DNA of 64,000 bases from Candidatus Multivoradales bacterium. Lineage in GTDB: Bacteria; Acidobacteriota; Thermoanaerobaculia; Multivoradales; JAHEKO01. A program made the translations under genes and the position numbers. The DNA lies in assembly GCA_965223155.1 (NCBI GenBank), contig CBDCVR010000015.1, positions 448,001 through 512,000 of the forward strand. Reading direction: 5' to 3'. The notes beneath the pieces were generated by a model. It did no database searches and was not told the origin of the DNA. It saw nothing but the letters and a program-made list of their open reading frames with translations. Of the stretch, positions 9,310 through 18,377 are shown piece after piece; position 1 is the first letter of the stretch; each line of letters begins with the position of its first letter.

Positions 9310-10452
9310 TCAGGTTTCCCAGCGCAGTCCGGGGCCGCCGAAGCCGCCCGGCACGGGAACGGTACCAGCCGGAAGAAGAGAGTCGGGATCGGGAAGGTCC
9401 CGGTAGCGGGGCCGAAAGACGATCAACATGCCGGCCGCCGCGCCGCTCAGGGCGCCGGCGCCCGAGATCTTGGCCGCGGCACCGGCCGCCTCGATCTCGA
9501 CGATGGCACGGGCCACCGGCTCCGGCACCACTCCGATCCGCTCCAAACATCGCTCGAAGCGCTTGACCGCGTCGAGCAGGTCCGGCCACCGGGACTCGCC
9601 TGCGGCGAGCGCCTCGGCGGCGGCGAGCGTCGCCTCGCCCATCCGGTCAAGCAAGGCGTCGAATTCCGAATCCTGGTCCTTGCGTGCGCGTACAGCCGCC
9701 ACCACCTCCCCAGTGGTCTCCACCGGCGTTCCCGTGTTGAAAGCCGCCAGACAGCCGTCGAGCCAGGAGGGCACTTCGAGCCGGGTCGACACCTCGAGAT
9801 AACTCGCCTCAGAGGCTCCGGAGCCGCCGGTCTCCATCCGACCGGCCGAGGCAGCCCCGGGCCGAAAGAGCTGCCAGCCGCCCTTCAAGACCGTTCGATG
9901 ATCCACGCCCGACGGCGTGCCGTGCTGGCGGCGCTCGGCTTCCTCCGCGATCACGGCCACCAGGTCGGGGTCGGGCCGGCCATCGGTCGCCACCACGAAG
10001 GCTCCGGCTACCGCCACCGCGACCGAGGCCGAGCTTCCCAGGCCGGCACCCACCGGTAGCTCCGAGCCGAGGTGCACGTCAAGGGACGGCAGCTCGGCGG
10101 CGGGCCTCTCGGTCGCCTGGACCGACTCGGCTAGAACGATCTTGACCACGCTCGCCGGATCGGTCGTGCGCAAGGCCTCGAACCGCTCCGGGCTGGGATC
10201 GGCTCGGTACCGGCGCCAGCATTCACGCCGCTCGGCGCCGAAGCGCAAGATCTCGGCCCAGGCCACGGTTTCCTCGTGGCCGAAGGTCTCCAGGCAAAGC
10301 CGCACTGCAGCATCGGTCCCGCTCTTGTCCCCGCGCCTCGCGATCCGGCACCGGGTACGCAGATCCAGCGCCGCCACCAGGGCCGGCCGGCCGTAGACCG
10401 CCGCGTGCTCGCCCATCACGATGAGCTTGCCGGGTGCGCTGGCGACGGTCAT
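9310..10452 (-). CDS. mvk: Mevalonate kinase
   Basis: APGKLIVMGEHAAVYG, PVGAGLGSSA, HGTPSGVD, KISGAG GHMP motifs. Confidence 0.92.
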   Translation of the reverse strand: MTVASAPGKLIVMGEHAAVYGRPALVAALDLRTRCRIARRGDKSGTDAAVRLCLETFGHEETVAWAEILRFGAERRECWRRYRADPSPERFEALRTTDPASVVKIVLAESVQATERPAAELPSLDVHLGSELPVGAGLGSSASVAVAVAGAFVVATDGRPDPDLVAVIAEEAERRQHGTPSGVDHRTVLKGGWQLFRPGAASAGRMETGGSGASEASYLEVSTRLEVPSWLDGCLAAFNTGTPVETTGEVVAAVRARKDQDSEFDALLDRMGEATLAAAEALAAGESRWPDLLDAVKRFERCLERIGVVPEPVARAIVEIEAAGAAAKISGAGALSGAAAGMLIVFRPRYRDLPDPDSLLPAGTVPVPGGFGGPGLRWET

Positions 10453-10461
10453 CGCTGGCAG

Positions 10462-11733
10462 CTAGCGCTCGACGGAACCGCGCCCGAGCTCCTGATGGGC
10501 CCTCGCCAGATCTCGCGTGGTGAAGGCGGCCATCAGCGAGAGTTCGCCCGCCAGCACCGCGGCCCCGAGAATCTCGGCCAGACGCATCACCGCCTCGCCC
10601 GGACGTTTGGGCACGGCCGGGATGCCGAGCAGGTCCAGCGCCTCGCGCTGGGTATCGAGCGAGGTTCCGCCGCCGACGGCCCCCAGGGGCAAGTCGGGCA
10701 AGAACACCGACGCCCGCACCCCGTCCTCGCCGTGCGGCTCGATGCTGGTGACGCCCATGGCTCCTTCCACGACCTGCGCCGGATCCTGGCCGGTGGCGAT
10801 GAAGAAGGCGGCCAGCACATTGGCGAAGTGGGCGTTGAATCCCATCGACCCGGCGGCGATCGAGCCCATCAGGTTCTTCCGGTATTGCACCTCGCGCAGC
10901 GCGGCCGCCGTCGTCTTGAGCCGCTCCCGAAGCACTTCGGCTTCCAGAACCACGTCGGCGTGAACCCGCTTGCCCCGGCCCTCCAGGAAGTTGACCGCCG
11001 AGGGCTTCTTGTCGACGCAAAAATTTCCGGAGAGCGCAATGCACGGCAGGCCGGTCTCGGGCTCGATCAGATCCGAGACCACCCGATCGCAGGCCACCGT
11101 GGCCATGTTCATGCCCATGGCGTCGCCGCAGCGAAAGCGGAAGCGCAGATAGATCGACGAACCGATGACCTGCGGCCGCAGATCTTGGAGCTTCAGGAAG
11201 CGGCTGGTGCTCTCGGCTACCTCCCGAATCCGGTCTTCGTGCTCCGCCACCCAACTCAGGAATCCCTGGGTCGCGTCGAGCCCCTCGGAACGGAACACCG
11301 GTGCCCTCGTGATGCCCACGTCCTCGACGGCGACGGTCGCGCCGCCGGCATCGCGGATCGCACGGCAGCCGCGGTTGGCGCTTGCCAGGAGCGCGCCTTC
11401 GGTGGTCGCCATCGGCACGTAGATCGACTCCTCGGGCGAGACGAAGCGCCCGCGCACAGAGAGTGGGCCGATCACGCCGATCGGCACCTGCGCCGCCCCG
11501 ATGAAGTTCTCGCAATGGCGGGCCGCCGCGCGAGCCGCGTCCAGGCCGTAGCCGCCGGTAGCCTCGAGCGACGTTCCGGTCAGCCGCTCGAGCGCGGTGC
11601 GGCGGACCCAGGCAGCATCGTCGGGCTCGAGATCTCCCGGCAGCTCGTGGAGCCGGCGGGAGCCCTCCACCACCTCAGTGACCAGGGATTCCAAGTGTTC
11701 CGTTGCGCTCGCGCCAGCTCGCTTCCCAGCCAT
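10462..11733 (-). CDS. hmgA: HMG-CoA reductase, class I (NADPH-dependent)
   Basis: CENFIG, PMATTEGALLAS, DAMGMNM, SGNFCVDKKPSAVN, GQDPAQ, C-terminal catalytic His (RAHQ). Confidence 0.95.
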   Translation of the reverse strand: MAGKRAGASATEHLESLVTEVVEGSRRLHELPGDLEPDDAAWVRRTALERLTGTSLEATGGYGLDAARAAARHCENFIGAAQVPIGVIGPLSVRGRFVSPEESIYVPMATTEGALLASANRGCRAIRDAGGATVAVEDVGITRAPVFRSEGLDATQGFLSWVAEHEDRIREVAESTSRFLKLQDLRPQVIGSSIYLRFRFRCGDAMGMNMATVACDRVVSDLIEPETGLPCIALSGNFCVDKKPSAVNFLEGRGKRVHADVVLEAEVLRERLKTTAAALREVQYRKNLMGSIAAGSMGFNAHFANVLAAFFIATGQDPAQVVEGAMGVTSIEPHGEDGVRASVFLPDLPLGAVGGGTSLDTQREALDLLGIPAVPKRPGEAVMRLAEILGAAVLAGELSLMAAFTTRDLARAHQELGRGSVER

Positions 11734-12761
11734 CAGTCCCAGCCCTCCACCAGCGGCGTCTCTTGGAGCTCGCTCACCGAGCCGGCGCCGGCGCAGAACA
11801 TCGCGATTCTGAGCTCCCGCACGAAGGCCCGCGCCCGCGCCACCGTTTCCTCGGCGGAGACGTCGGCGCCCTGCAGAAAGGGCTTGGCGGCGCCGACGAG
11901 ATCGGCGCCGAGGGCGATCGCTTTGGCCGCGTCGATGCCGTTACGTACCCCGCCGCTGCCAATCACGGTCAGGCCGCCGAGGGCACGCAGCTCACGAATC
12001 GACCGCGGCGTGGGCACGCCCCAGCCGGCGAAAAGCTCGCCGAGCGCGAAGTCGTCGGCCCGGCTCGCCTCGATCCGGGCCCAGCTCGTACCTCCCAGTC
12101 CCGACGTGTCCAGAATCGTGAACCCGGCCTCCCGCAAACGCCGGCCGACGTCGCGCGACAGGCCGCAGCCCACTTCCTTGACGATCACCGGCGCGTCGAG
12201 CGCCGCGGCCACCTCCGCCATCTGGGCCAGCAGACTCGAGAAGTCGCACTGCCCCTCCGGCTGAATGGCTTCTTGGAGGGGATTCAAGTGAAAGACGAGG
12301 GCGTCGGCCTCGATCATGTCGACCGCCCGCCGGCACTCGTCGAGACCGAATCCGTAGTTGAGCTGCACCGCGCCCAGATTGGCCAGGAGGGGCACGCTCG
12401 GGACGAGCTCGCGAATCCGGAAGCTCTCGGCCTGGGAGGGATCCTCGATCGCCTTGCGCTGCGATCCCACGCCGATCGCGATGCCCACCTCCTCGGCGGC
12501 CAGCGCCAGATTGCGATTGATGCGGCCGGCTTCTTCGGTCCCGCCGGTCATGCACGAGATCAGAAGCGGAGCTGCGAGCTCGCGCTCCAGGAAGCGCACG
12601 CCGAGATCGATCGCCCCCATGTCCAGCTCGGGCAGGGCATCGTGCTCGAAACGCAGGCCATCGAAGAAGTGCCCGTCGAGCTGCATGCGATCGTCGAGCG
12701 CAAGCTGGATGTGCTCCTGCTTGCGGTCGCGCTCGCCGGCGTCGCCTCGGTGCCCGGTCAA
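11733..12761 (-). CDS. fni: Type 2 isopentenyl-diphosphate isomerase (FMN)
   Basis: RKQEHI, SCMTGG, GSQR, NLGAVQL, HLNPLQEAIQPEG, KEVGCG, GGTSW; probable TTG start overlapping the upstream TGA. Confidence 0.93.
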   Translation of the reverse strand: MTGHRGDAGERDRKQEHIQLALDDRMQLDGHFFDGLRFEHDALPELDMGAIDLGVRFLERELAAPLLISCMTGGTEEAGRINRNLALAAEEVGIAIGVGSQRKAIEDPSQAESFRIRELVPSVPLLANLGAVQLNYGFGLDECRRAVDMIEADALVFHLNPLQEAIQPEGQCDFSSLLAQMAEVAAALDAPVIVKEVGCGLSRDVGRRLREAGFTILDTSGLGGTSWARIEASRADDFALGELFAGWGVPTPRSIRELRALGGLTVIGSGGVRNGIDAAKAIALGADLVGAAKPFLQGADVSAEETVARARAFVRELRIAMFCAGAGSVSELQETPLVEGWD

Positions 12762-13858
12762 TAGTCGCGGTCTCCGAGAAAATCGACCAGCGCCTCCAGA
12801 AAGGCCCGACCCTGAGCCTCCAGGGTCAACGCCACCAGAGCCTCGCGGGCGATGTCGAGCCGTTCGGCGACCATCATCTCCACCGCCAGCTTGGCGCCGC
12901 TCGAGGCCACGACGGCGCGCACGCGATCCAGCGTCTCGGCCGTCACCTCGGGGTCCCCGAGGGCCTCGAGCACCACCTGCCGTTCGGGCCCCGCTGTCCG
13001 TTCCAAAGTCTGCTGAATCAAGACCGTGTGTTTGCCCTCGGCGATGTCCGAGTCGACCGACTTGCCCACGGTCTCGCTGCTGCCAAAGACACCGAGCAGG
13101 TCGTCGCGGAGCTGGAAGGCCTCGCCCAAGACCCGCCCGTAGCGGGCCAGGCCCTGGCGGTTCTCCGGTGAAGCGCCCGCGGCCAGAACACCCAGCTCCA
13201 GCGGCCGCTCGACCGAGTAGCGGCCGGACTTGAGTCGCAGGATTTGAAGTAGGGCATCGCGATCGAGCGCGCCGCGAAACGGCGCCGTCATCTCCAGATA
13301 CTGTCCCAGCACCACTTCCTGGCACATCGCGGCGAAGGTGCGGCCGAGCTCGGGAACCGCAAAGGGCCGGGAACCCTCCAGAAAGAGCTCCACGGCGTAG
13401 GCGTGCGCCAGATCCCCAAGCAGAATCGCGACCGATTCGCCATGCCTGGCGGCGTCTCCCGGCCAGCCCCGATCCCGATGGTCCTGCTCGAAGGCCCGGT
13501 GAGCGGTGGGCTTGCCGCGCCGCACCTCGGCATCGTCCATGATGTCGTCGTGCATCAGCAAGTACGCTTGGAGGAGTTCGGTGGAAAGCGCCAGCGGCAG
13601 GATCGCCTCTTCGTCTTCGCCGCCGGTCGCCCGGTAGCCGAAAGAGACCAGCGCCGGTCGCAGTCGCTTGCCGCCCCGCCCCACGAATTCCCTGAGCCTC
13701 GAAGTCAGCTCCAGGACGTCTTGGTTGGACTCCGCCAGCGCCCTCTGCTCGCGCTCGGCGAGCCAGGCGTCAATCCGCTGGGTAGCCGTGTCCCGGAAGT
13801 CCGCCAGCAGGGGCTCCAGAGCGGGCGCTACGTTGGCCTTGAGGGTTGGGCTCGACAA
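12758..13858 (-). CDS. Short-chain polyprenyl diphosphate synthase (FPP/GGPP synthase)
   Basis: GGKRLRP, FARM HDDIMD..RRG with Tyr at -5, GQYLE, AFQLRDDLL. Confidence 0.92.
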   Translation of the reverse strand: MSSPTLKANVAPALEPLLADFRDTATQRIDAWLAEREQRALAESNQDVLELTSRLREFVGRGGKRLRPALVSFGYRATGGEDEEAILPLALSTELLQAYLLMHDDIMDDAEVRRGKPTAHRAFEQDHRDRGWPGDAARHGESVAILLGDLAHAYAVELFLEGSRPFAVPELGRTFAAMCQEVVLGQYLEMTAPFRGALDRDALLQILRLKSGRYSVERPLELGVLAAGASPENRQGLARYGRVLGEAFQLRDDLLGVFGSSETVGKSVDSDIAEGKHTVLIQQTLERTAGPERQVVLEALGDPEVTAETLDRVRAVVASSGAKLAVEMMVAERLDIAREALVALTLEAQGRAFLEALVDFLGDRDY

Positions 13859-13989
13859 GTCTCAGTCCTGGTTGCAATCCCCGGCGACGGTCTTCTTCGG
13901 AGACGGCCCGGTGCCGGGCTCACACCGGCAGGAACGCCGGACTGGCCGGCTCGACCCGGTCCGGATCCGTCCGATCCGCTGCGAACTCA

Positions 13990-15549
13990 TCATTTTATCT
14001 TCTGGCCGCTCTCTGGGCTCGGCGTGGATGGCGGCCCCAGTCCAGACCCCAGTCCAAGCCCGACCCCGGCCGTCGCCGAACCCGCCGCCAGGAACATCTC
14101 CGACAAGCGCACCGGCAGGCCTTCCGACGGTTGCCCTCTCGGGACAGCCAGGCCGGCTGGATCGGCCAGGACGGCCAGATCGGAAAGCAGAAAGCCGACC
14201 GAGGCCTCGCGCGATAGGGCCCCGTGCGTCCAGCGCAGGCGGCCGCCGGTCAGCCGCGCCGCCCGCTCGGTCGCGCGCGCGCCGTACATGTAGCCGGTCG
14301 CCGTCGAGCACACCACGGTCGCCGGATTCTCGACCCGCTCGAAGCTGGAGTGAATCCGCGCAAGGCCGTCCGGGAACGCCGCCGCGGTCGTCTCGCGGAG
14401 CCAGTCCCGGTCCGCGAACCAACCCGGACGCTCCAGGTCGTCCTTCGAGCCACCACGACCCAAGCGCTCGAGCACGACCCGGTAGCCCAGGGGGTCTCCG
14501 GCAACCGGCACGTAGGACCAGGCGGCCGCCGATTTCCGGATCGTGGCGAGACCGCCGCTGCTGACGACCCGCACCGCATCGTTCCCATCGTCCTTATCGT
14601 CCTCATCGTTGGCCGAGCGGTGAGCGCAGAGCTCTACGCCCTCAACCGAAGCCAGGATGGTCGCCAGCTTGGCGCCCAACTCGGGCGCCGAGTAGGCCTC
14701 GAAGCTCGAGACCAGGCCGTACGGAGTGAGCACGACGTCTCCGCGCGCCAGGCTCTCGCCGGCCCGGAGGCCGTGCTCCACGAAGGCGCGACGGACACCC
14801 GGCAGCACGTTGACCAGGGGCCGCCCCCCGGACATACCGTGATCCGAAAAGACAACAAATCGGAGCCGGCGGCCGCTGTCGCTCCGGGCCTTCGCGATCG
14901 CCCGCCCCAGCCGGATGAAGGTCTCGTCCAAGGACTCCGGACCCTTCAAGTGCGCCGCGGTGTCGGTGGTCTCGACGTACGCGAAGTAGCGCGGTTGGGT
15001 GGAGGCCACGAAGTCCCGCACGGCTCGCTCGACCCGGCGCTCGCTGGCCTTGACCGGCCTCAGGCTGGCCACGGCGCTCCGCGCCACGCCCTTCTTGCTC
15101 CAGTCGAAGAAGTCCCGCCAAGGAAACGCAATCTTGAAATAGCTGACCGGCCCGCCGCCCCGAGCCTTGCGCCGGCGCCAGTCGAAGAAGCGAGCCTCAT
15201 AACCCGGTGAGCGCTCGAGGCCCAGAGGTTCGAAGGCCGCCGCCAGGGCGACGCTGGTGGTCGAGGGAAAGGTGCTGACCAGCGGTCGGGGGCCGCCCAG
15301 CTCGGCAAAAAGCTCGGCGGCGACGCCACGCCGCTCGAGATCGACGACATACGAGTAGGGCACGGCGTCGAGGGTCAGGTACAGGACCGCGGGCGGAGCG
15401 GCGGGTTCCGGTCCGGGCGATCCGCGACCTTCGACCTCCGACGACGAGGCGGCTACCGCCATCCAGACCGAGACCAGGATGGCGATCGCGGCAACCCGGG
15501 TCCCGGCCAGCGCCCACGGTGGCCTCCCGTCTCGGATCGGCCGGATCAC
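13990..15549 (-). CDS. Exported alkaline phosphatase/nucleotide pyrophosphatase superfamily protein
   Basis: GTG at 15549 overlapping hpnG stop; hydrophobic leader; LTLDAVPY, STFPSTT, DTAAH, SDHGM, THG metal-binding motifs. Confidence 0.75.
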   Translation of the reverse strand: MIRPIRDGRPPWALAGTRVAAIAILVSVWMAVAASSSEVEGRGSPGPEPAAPPAVLYLTLDAVPYSYVVDLERRGVAAELFAELGGPRPLVSTFPSTTSVALAAAFEPLGLERSPGYEARFFDWRRRKARGGGPVSYFKIAFPWRDFFDWSKKGVARSAVASLRPVKASERRVERAVRDFVASTQPRYFAYVETTDTAAHLKGPESLDETFIRLGRAIAKARSDSGRRLRFVVFSDHGMSGGRPLVNVLPGVRRAFVEHGLRAGESLARGDVVLTPYGLVSSFEAYSAPELGAKLATILASVEGVELCAHRSANDEDDKDDGNDAVRVVSSGGLATIRKSAAAWSYVPVAGDPLGYRVVLERLGRGGSKDDLERPGWFADRDWLRETTAAAFPDGLARIHSSFERVENPATVVCSTATGYMYGARATERAARLTGGRLRWTHGALSREASVGFLLSDLAVLADPAGLAVPRGQPSEGLPVRLSEMFLAAGSATAGVGLGLGSGLGPPSTPSPESGQKIK

Positions 15550-16283
15550 GCCCAGACCTCGTCGATCGTGCGGGCCAGGCCCGCCATCAGGCCTCGAGCC
15601 CTCGCCCGGAACTCGACGAGAGCCGGCACGGTCCAGGGCCGGGCCAGAGCCGCCGCCAGTACCCGGCCACGCGAGAGCCGCCCCCGTCGATCGACCGCCC
15701 GGGCCACGGGTCCGGGCAGCGACTCGTCGAGTGTGTCGCTCACGACTCGGAGAACAACGTAGGGCACTTCCGCCCGATTCGCCAGAGCCGCCCAGCGACC
15801 GCTCTCCATGTCCACGACCGCTGTCTCGCCGGCACCGAATCTCGCTCCCAGCTCGCGCTTGTCGCGGGCGCGGGCGACGATCGTCGGAGAGGTCACGAAG
15901 ACCCCTTCGCGGGCACCGGCCGCCAGAAGCGCCTGCCGGCGCTCGGGCCGCGGATCCGCGAGCTCGTGGCCTCCGACTCGGGGCAGGGCGGCTCCCGCCA
16001 GGGCGGCGGCGAGGACCCGGTCGCCGGTGGCAAGATCGGGAGTCAGAGCACCGGCCAAGCCGGTGAAGAGCACTTCCGAAGCCGAGGCCAGCGCCCGATC
16101 CAGACCCTGGGGCGCGGCCGCGGCTCCCGCCCCGGCCCGCACCATGAGCACGCTTCCCCCGGGGCACTCGCCCCGCCAGGCCGGCAAGCCCTCGATCCGA
16201 GCCGGCCTCAGGCCCCAATGCCCGACCAACGGCCCGGCCTCCTCAGGAAGGGCACAGACCACAGCCAGGTCCGCCGAGCTCAT
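15546..16283 (-). CDS. hpnG: Hopanoid-associated nucleoside phosphorylase/nucleosidase HpnG-like
   Basis: GLAGAL, VDMES, VLRVVSD (PNP/MTAN fold); in hpnH-hpnA operon. Confidence 0.8.
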   Translation of the reverse strand: MSSADLAVVCALPEEAGPLVGHWGLRPARIEGLPAWRGECPGGSVLMVRAGAGAAAAPQGLDRALASASEVLFTGLAGALTPDLATGDRVLAAALAGAALPRVGGHELADPRPERRQALLAAGAREGVFVTSPTIVARARDKRELGARFGAGETAVVDMESGRWAALANRAEVPYVVLRVVSDTLDESLPGPVARAVDRRGRLSRGRVLAAALARPWTVPALVEFRARARGLMAGLARTIDEVWA

Positions 16284-17284
16284 CGCTGCCCCGCGCCGGC
16301 CGTGACGTAGCCGTTCTCACGAAACCAGGCTACCGCCCGCCCGAGCGCTTCCCGGACCGGCGTTTGCGGCAGGCCCAGCTCCCGCACCGCCTTGCCGGCG
16401 TCGAAGTACATCCTGTGCCGGGCCATGCGCGCGGCCTCCAGCGAGACCCGCGGCTCGCCGCCGAAGACCCGCGCGCGGGCAGTGTCGAGGGCGCCGGCGG
16501 CGATCGCCACCGCGTGAGGCAAGCGCAAGCTCGGCGCCCGCAAGCCGGTGAGCTCTTCCAGCCGTCCGAAGAGCTCGGCCAGGGACAGGTTCTCGTTGCC
16601 CAGAATGTACTTCTCTCCGATCTCGCCCCTCTCCGCCGCGAGCAGATGCCCGGCAGCCACGTCTCGAACGTCCACGAAGTTGAGTCCGGTATCCACATAG
16701 GCGGGAGTCTTCCGGTTCAAGAAGTCAAGAACAATCCTCCCGGTCGCGGTCGGCTTGAGGTCGCCCTCGCCCACCGGCGTCGAAGGGTTGACGATGACCA
16801 CGGGCAGACCGCGGCCGGCCAGCTCCTCGGCGACGCGCTCGGCCAGGAACTTCGAGCGTTTGTAATGGCCGATCATGTCCTGAAACCGTACCGGAGTCGT
16901 CTCGCGGGCGGGAGAGCCGTCGGCGTGGAGCCCGAGGGCCCCCACCGAGCTCGTGTACACCACCCGCGAGACCGAAGCGTCGAGGGCCGCTTCCAGGAGC
17001 CGGCGGGTACCTTCCACGTTCGCCCGGTAAATGGCCTCCGGACGCTGGGCGAAGAGCCGGTAGTCGGCGGCGCAGTGATAGACCTCATCGACCTCCGACA
17101 GCGCCGGCCGGTAGCCCTCCGGCCTGAGCAGGTCGCCGACCACGACCTGGGCGGCGCTCGCGCCCAAGTTGCGCCGGTCGCTCGAAGGACGCACCAGACA
17201 GGTCACGTCCCTGCCCGCGCGCTCGAGCGCGCGCAAGAGGTGGCCGCCCACGAACCCGGTGGCTCCGGTCAGGAAGGCCTTCAT
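16280..17284 (-). CDS. hpnA: Hopanoid-associated sugar epimerase HpnA
   Basis: TGATGFVG, HCAADYRL, YKRSK, NPSTPVGEGDLKPTATG. Confidence 0.92.
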   Translation of the reverse strand: MKAFLTGATGFVGGHLLRALERAGRDVTCLVRPSSDRRNLGASAAQVVVGDLLRPEGYRPALSEVDEVYHCAADYRLFAQRPEAIYRANVEGTRRLLEAALDASVSRVVYTSSVGALGLHADGSPARETTPVRFQDMIGHYKRSKFLAERVAEELAGRGLPVVIVNPSTPVGEGDLKPTATGRIVLDFLNRKTPAYVDTGLNFVDVRDVAAGHLLAAERGEIGEKYILGNENLSLAELFGRLEELTGLRAPSLRLPHAVAIAAGALDTARARVFGGEPRVSLEAARMARHRMYFDAGKAVRELGLPQTPVREALGRAVAWFRENGYVTAGAGQR

Positions 17285-17318
17285 CCGCCGGCGCTCGCCT
17301 TCGTCGAGACCTGCGGCC

Positions 17319-18320
17319 TCAGCCCAACAGGTTCCAGGCGGCCATGCGCACCAAGTCGGCCGGCCGCCGCTTGAGGTCCGTCACCACCGAGGCTTCGAAG
17401 CCCGAATGCATGGCGCAGTTCTGGCAAAGCCGGTCGCTTCGGGACTCCCAGTAGCTCCAATCGGTCCCATTCCAGAACTCGTCCCAACTGTCGTAGTACT
17501 GCTTGCCGATGAGATAGCACGGCCCCTTCCAGCCCAAAGGCGTGAAGGTCACCGTACTCCAAGGAGAGCAGTCATAGTCGCGCAGGCCGGCCGCGAACTC
17601 CAGAAACATGGGCGTTGAGTGCAAACGGTACTTCTTCGAGATCCCGAGCACCTTGCGGAACTTCTCCTGGATGTCCCGCCGGGTCATGAAGATGTCCCGA
17701 TCCACCGACTCGTATTGGTAGCCGGGCGAGATCAGCATGCCGTCGACGCCCATCGCCGCCAGCTTCGCGCACAGCTCTTCGACCTCTTCGATGTCGGTCT
17801 CCTTGAAGACGGTCGTGTTGGTGACGACGTGGTACCCGCGCTTCTTCGACTCCCGAATCATCTCGATCGCCTTGTCGAAGACCCCGTCCCGAGCGCAGAC
17901 GTAGTCGTGAGTCTCGCGCATGCCGTCCAGGTGGACGTTGATCGACAGGCGCTTGTGCGGAGGGACCAAGTCGAAGACCTTCTCATCCAGAAGCAGCGCG
18001 TTGGTGCACAGGTAGATGTGCCGTCGGCGCTCGATGATGCCAGCGAGCAACTCGGGTAGCTCCGGATAGATCGTGGGCTCGCCGCCACAAATCGAAACCG
18101 CCGGCGCCCCGCACAGATCGACCGCCTCGAGGCAGGTAGCCACCGGCAGGCGATCCTTGAGCTTGCCGGTGTGGCGCTCCGTGGCACAGCCCAGGCACGC
18201 CAGATTGCAGGTATAGAGAGGCTCGAGCATGAGCACGAACGGATAGCGGCTCGTGCCCCGCCAGGCCTGCTTGGCCTGATGCCGGACCATGTCGGTGGTG
18301 ATGTGGAGCGGGAAGCGCAC
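17319..18320 (-). CDS. hpnH: Adenosyl-hopene transferase HpnH (radical SAM)
   Basis: YPFVLMLEPLYTCNLACLGC, GGEP, CTNA, PCYL, CQNCAMHSGFE. Confidence 0.93.
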   Translation of the reverse strand: MRFPLHITTDMVRHQAKQAWRGTSRYPFVLMLEPLYTCNLACLGCATERHTGKLKDRLPVATCLEAVDLCGAPAVSICGGEPTIYPELPELLAGIIERRRHIYLCTNALLLDEKVFDLVPPHKRLSINVHLDGMRETHDYVCARDGVFDKAIEMIRESKKRGYHVVTNTTVFKETDIEEVEELCAKLAAMGVDGMLISPGYQYESVDRDIFMTRRDIQEKFRKVLGISKKYRLHSTPMFLEFAAGLRDYDCSPWSTVTFTPLGWKGPCYLIGKQYYDSWDEFWNGTDWSYWESRSDRLCQNCAMHSGFEASVVTDLKRRPADLVRMAAWNLLG

Positions 18321-18377
18321 GGGTCGGAGTTAGCGGGTCGGAGTTCGTGGATCAGAGCAATCGGTCAGGGTTGCCGG

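Noticed and set aside
7391-9589. 732 aa ORF as one protein (likewise 11733..13325, 13990..16218, 33530..34573, 61900..63594)
   Set aside because: The N-terminal parts are Arg/Gly/Pro-rich off-frame overlaps of upstream genes; real starts lie at stop/start junctions
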